Of a DNA stretch of 37,687 nt, positions 35,163-37,687 are shown one piece after another. The notes beneath the pieces are model-generated. The model ran no database searches. It was not told where the DNA came from and saw only the letters and a program-made list of their open reading frames with translations. Location of the stretch: assembly GCA_041746255.1 (NCBI GenBank), contig JBGTHM010000130.1:1-37687 (forward strand). The letters are read 5' to 3'. The stretch is from Fibrobacteria bacterium (GTDB lineage Bacteria > Fibrobacterota > Fibrobacteria > UBA11236). Position 1 is the stretch's first letter, and the number at the start of each line of letters is the position of its first letter. The translations under genes and the position numbers were made by a program.

Positions 35163-35903
35163 ATGGCGAGAACAGATGGAAGACGCAACGACGAATTAAG
35201 GCCGATTACGGTCACCGAGGATTTCGTCAAATCCGCGGAAGCGTCCTATCTTATCGAAGTGGGCCGCACACGCATCCTGTGCAACGCCACCTTGGAAAAC
35301 GAAGTCCCCCGCTGGATGAAGGGTTCGGGAAAGGGGTGGGTGACGGCCGAATACAGCCTACTCCCGCGCAGCACCAATACCCGCGTGAAAAGGGAGCGGG
35401 GAGCGATTTCGGGACGCACTCAGGAAATCCAAAGGCTGATAGGCCGGGCCTTGCGCGGCGTATGCGATTTGGAAGCCTTGGGGGAGCGCAGCGTGATGAT
35501 CGACTGCGATGTCATCGAGGCCGACGGAGGAACGCGTACGGCGTCCATCGTGGGAGGTTTTCTAGCCTTGGCCACCGCCTTGAAGAGGATGAAAGCAAAA
35601 TTTCCCCCGCAAATGGCGCAAGCTGCAGACCGCCCCATCCTTCGCCACTATGTCAACGCCGTGAGTGTAGGAATCGTAGGTGGCATACCGCTGCTAGATT
35701 TGTGTTACACTGAGGACGTGGAAGCCGAAGTGGACATGAACGTGGTACTTACCGACAAATCCGATTTCGTAGAAGTGCAGGGAACCGGCGAGGAAACGGT
35801 TTTCTCCCGAAGCCAACTCAACGATTTGCTCGATTTGGCGGAGAAAGGCGGCAAGGATATTCTGGAAATCCAGAAGAAGTTTCTGGGCGGAGTCCTTCCA
35901 TGA
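35163..35903 (+). CDS. rph: Ribonuclease PH
   Basis: RTDGRRNDELRP, GWVTAEYSLLP, SGRTQEIQRLIGR, DCDVIEADGGTRTA and EVQGTGE. Confidence 0.98.
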   Translation: MARTDGRRNDELRPITVTEDFVKSAEASYLIEVGRTRILCNATLENEVPRWMKGSGKGWVTAEYSLLPRSTNTRVKRERGAISGRTQEIQRLIGRALRGVCDLEALGERSVMIDCDVIEADGGTRTASIVGGFLALATALKRMKAKFPPQMAQAADRPILRHYVNAVSVGIVGGIPLLDLCYTEDVEAEVDMNVVLTDKSDFVEVQGTGEETVFSRSQLNDLLDLAEKGGKDILEIQKKFLGGVLP

Positions 35904-37237
35904 GAATCATCATCATCGGCGCCGGCGAATTGGGCTTTCATCTCGCTCGTTTCCTTTCGCAGGAACGCCATGATATCATCATCATTGATACCGACGAAGA
36001 AAACCTTCGGCGCGTAAGCGACAACCTCGACGTTCTGACGCTGCACGGCAGCGGCACCAGCTTCGGCACGCTGGAAGAGGCGGGAACCTCCCGCGCCGAC
36101 ATGCTTATCGCCGTCACCTCCTCCGAAGAAGTGAATTTTACCGCCTGCATGTTGGCGGGAAAGCTGGGCAGCATGAAGAAAATCATGCGCATACGCAATA
36201 CCGAATTCATGTCGGGCCTCGGTCCCGCCGGAGCCGAAGCTTTCGGAATCGACATGGTGATTTATCCGGAAGGCGCCGCCGCGCAGGAAATCGTGCGTCT
36301 CATCCGCCGCGCCGCCGCCACCGAAGTGGTCGATTTGGCCGACGGACGCATCCAGCTCCTGGGTCTGAAATTAGACGACAATAGCCCCATCATCGGCAAG
36401 CGCCTCGAAGACATTCCCCAACCCGACGGCATCGCCTATCGTGCGGTATGCATTTCGCGCGGCATGCAGACGCTTATCCCCAAGCGGGGAACGACTTTCA
36501 TGCGGGCCGATCAGATTTTCGTTATTTCCAAAACCGAAGCCGTACCGGCCATGCTCGATACGGTAGGCAAAGGAAAAGTAAGCTACCGCAAGATAATGAT
36601 TCTGGGGGGCGACGAAATCGGCCATCAGGTGGCGCTGGAACTTGAAAAAGACATGAGCGTCAAGCTTTTGGAATCGAGCCGCGAAAGGTCCTATAAAATA
36701 GCGGAGCAACTGACACGTACATTGGTTCTGCACAATGAAGGGCGCGATCTCGATTTGTTGGCGAAGGAAGGCATCCTGCATATGGACGCCTATGTCGCGG
36801 TCACCCCCGACGACGAACATAATATCATTTCCTGCCTTATGGCTAAACATCTTGGGGTCAAGAAAACCATAGCGCGTATCGAAAAAGCCGATTACGTCCC
36901 CTTCTCCAATGCCATCGGTATCGACGGCCTGGTGAACAAAAAGCTGTCGGCGGCCACCTCGGTGCTCAAATTCATCCGGCAGGCCGAAGTGGTGACTGCC
37001 GCCACCTTGCACGGCGTGGGCGCGGAAGTATTGGAATTAGTGGCGCGCGAAGGCTGCAAAGCGACCCAAAAACCCGTGGGGAAGCTCGATTTTCCCGATG
37101 GCGCCATCATCGGCTGCGTCATGCATCAAGGCGGCGTGACCATTCCCGTAAGTACCACCACCATCGATTCGGGTGATCGGGTGGTCGTGTTCACTCTACC
37201 TAAGGCCATCTCCGCAGTCGAGCGCTTTTTCCGATGA
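35900..37237 (+). CDS. trkA: Trk potassium uptake system NAD-binding subunit
   Basis: 445 aa with two RCK units, starting IIIIGAGELG. ATGA overlaps with both rph and trkH. Confidence 0.95.
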   Translation: MRIIIIGAGELGFHLARFLSQERHDIIIIDTDEENLRRVSDNLDVLTLHGSGTSFGTLEEAGTSRADMLIAVTSSEEVNFTACMLAGKLGSMKKIMRIRNTEFMSGLGPAGAEAFGIDMVIYPEGAAAQEIVRLIRRAAATEVVDLADGRIQLLGLKLDDNSPIIGKRLEDIPQPDGIAYRAVCISRGMQTLIPKRGTTFMRADQIFVISKTEAVPAMLDTVGKGKVSYRKIMILGGDEIGHQVALELEKDMSVKLLESSRERSYKIAEQLTRTLVLHNEGRDLDLLAKEGILHMDAYVAVTPDDEHNIISCLMAKHLGVKKTIARIEKADYVPFSNAIGIDGLVNKKLSAATSVLKFIRQAEVVTAATLHGVGAEVLELVAREGCKATQKPVGKLDFPDGAIIGCVMHQGGVTIPVSTTTIDSGDRVVVFTLPKAISAVERFFR

Positions 37238-37687
37238 ACGTGAACCTCAAGGCCGTAGCCGCCATTCTGGGGTTCCTGCTTTTTTTCGTAGGACTATTGA
37301 TGGCCCTGTTGATTCCAATGGCTATCATGGATAGCGATGGAGCCACGACGCCTCTAACCGTTTCGGCCTCACTCGCCCTCGTTGCGGGAATTGTTTTATG
37401 GCTTCTGTTCCGGGAACACCGGGAGGGCTTGGGGGCGCGTGAAGGTTTCGCCATCGTTTCTTGCGGGTGGATAATAGCCTCGCTTTTCGGTTGCCTCCCT
37501 TTTTTAATCTCCGGAGAATTCCCCTCCTTCACTGACGCTTTTTTCGAAACCATGTCCGGTTTTACCACCACGGGAGCAAGCATTCTCTTGGATATCGAGG
37601 CCTTACCCAGGGCCTTACTTCTATGGCGATCCATGACCCAATGGATAGGCGGCATCGGTATCGTGCTGGTTTCCGTAGCCATCCTTC
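37234..37687 (+). CDS. trkH: TrkH potassium uptake permease (5' part, runs off the window)
   Basis: My translation is MNVNLKAVAAILG...REGFAIV..GW...FGCLPF...DAFFETMSGFTTTGASI...LLWRSMTQWIGGIGI. It is absent from the ORF track because there is no stop in the window. Confidence 0.95.
   Translation, partial: MNVNLKAVAAILGFLLFFVGLLMALLIPMAIMDSDGATTPLTVSASLALVAGIVLWLLFREHREGLGAREGFAIVSCGWIIASLFGCLPFLISGEFPSFTDAFFETMSGFTTTGASILLDIEALPRALLLWRSMTQWIGGIGIVLVSVAIL

Overview
A gene-dense, mostly housekeeping bacterial region. The T9SS-like C-terminal tail on gene 1 together with flagellar genes suggests a Fibrobacterota/FCB-type organism, but this is an inference only. From left to right: (1) the left end of an IS3-family element (1-133, minus strand, not in the ORF track), sitting 18 bp upstream of a secreted PQQ-type dehydrogenase/diheme cytochrome c gene; (2) dnaE with a degenerate PHP metal site, directly downstream of an XPB-associated/WYL-like gene; (3) two tandem 283-aa flagellins, each with a sigma-28-like promoter, CsrA-type leader motifs and its own terminator; (4) a ferredoxin; (5) argC-argB-argD plus a cNMP-binding gene, an alpha/beta hydrolase, and argG-ispD-ispF; (6) a double-FHA gene, a membrane/HTH gene and a FliK-like gene with a perfect sigma-28 -10 box; (7) a tightly coupled carotenoid operon: CarH-like B12 photoreceptor, crtB fused to a signal-peptide-like segment plus an unknown helical domain, a GT2 glycosyltransferase, crtI, a crtYcd-type cyclase and crtZ; (8) FHA-TM-lytic transglycosylase, truA, htrA, a DUF4321-like gene, gatA, NlpC/P60, pheA, rph, trkA and a partial trkH. 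The best novelty candidates are the CrtB/extracytoplasmic-domain fusion with its variant CarH, the FHA-lytic transglycosylase, the IS-adjacent secreted PQQ/diheme enzyme, and the WYL-like gene coupled to a PHP-degenerate DnaE. I found no rRNA, tRNA or CRISPR array. All family assignments come from motif recognition by eye; no database searches were run.
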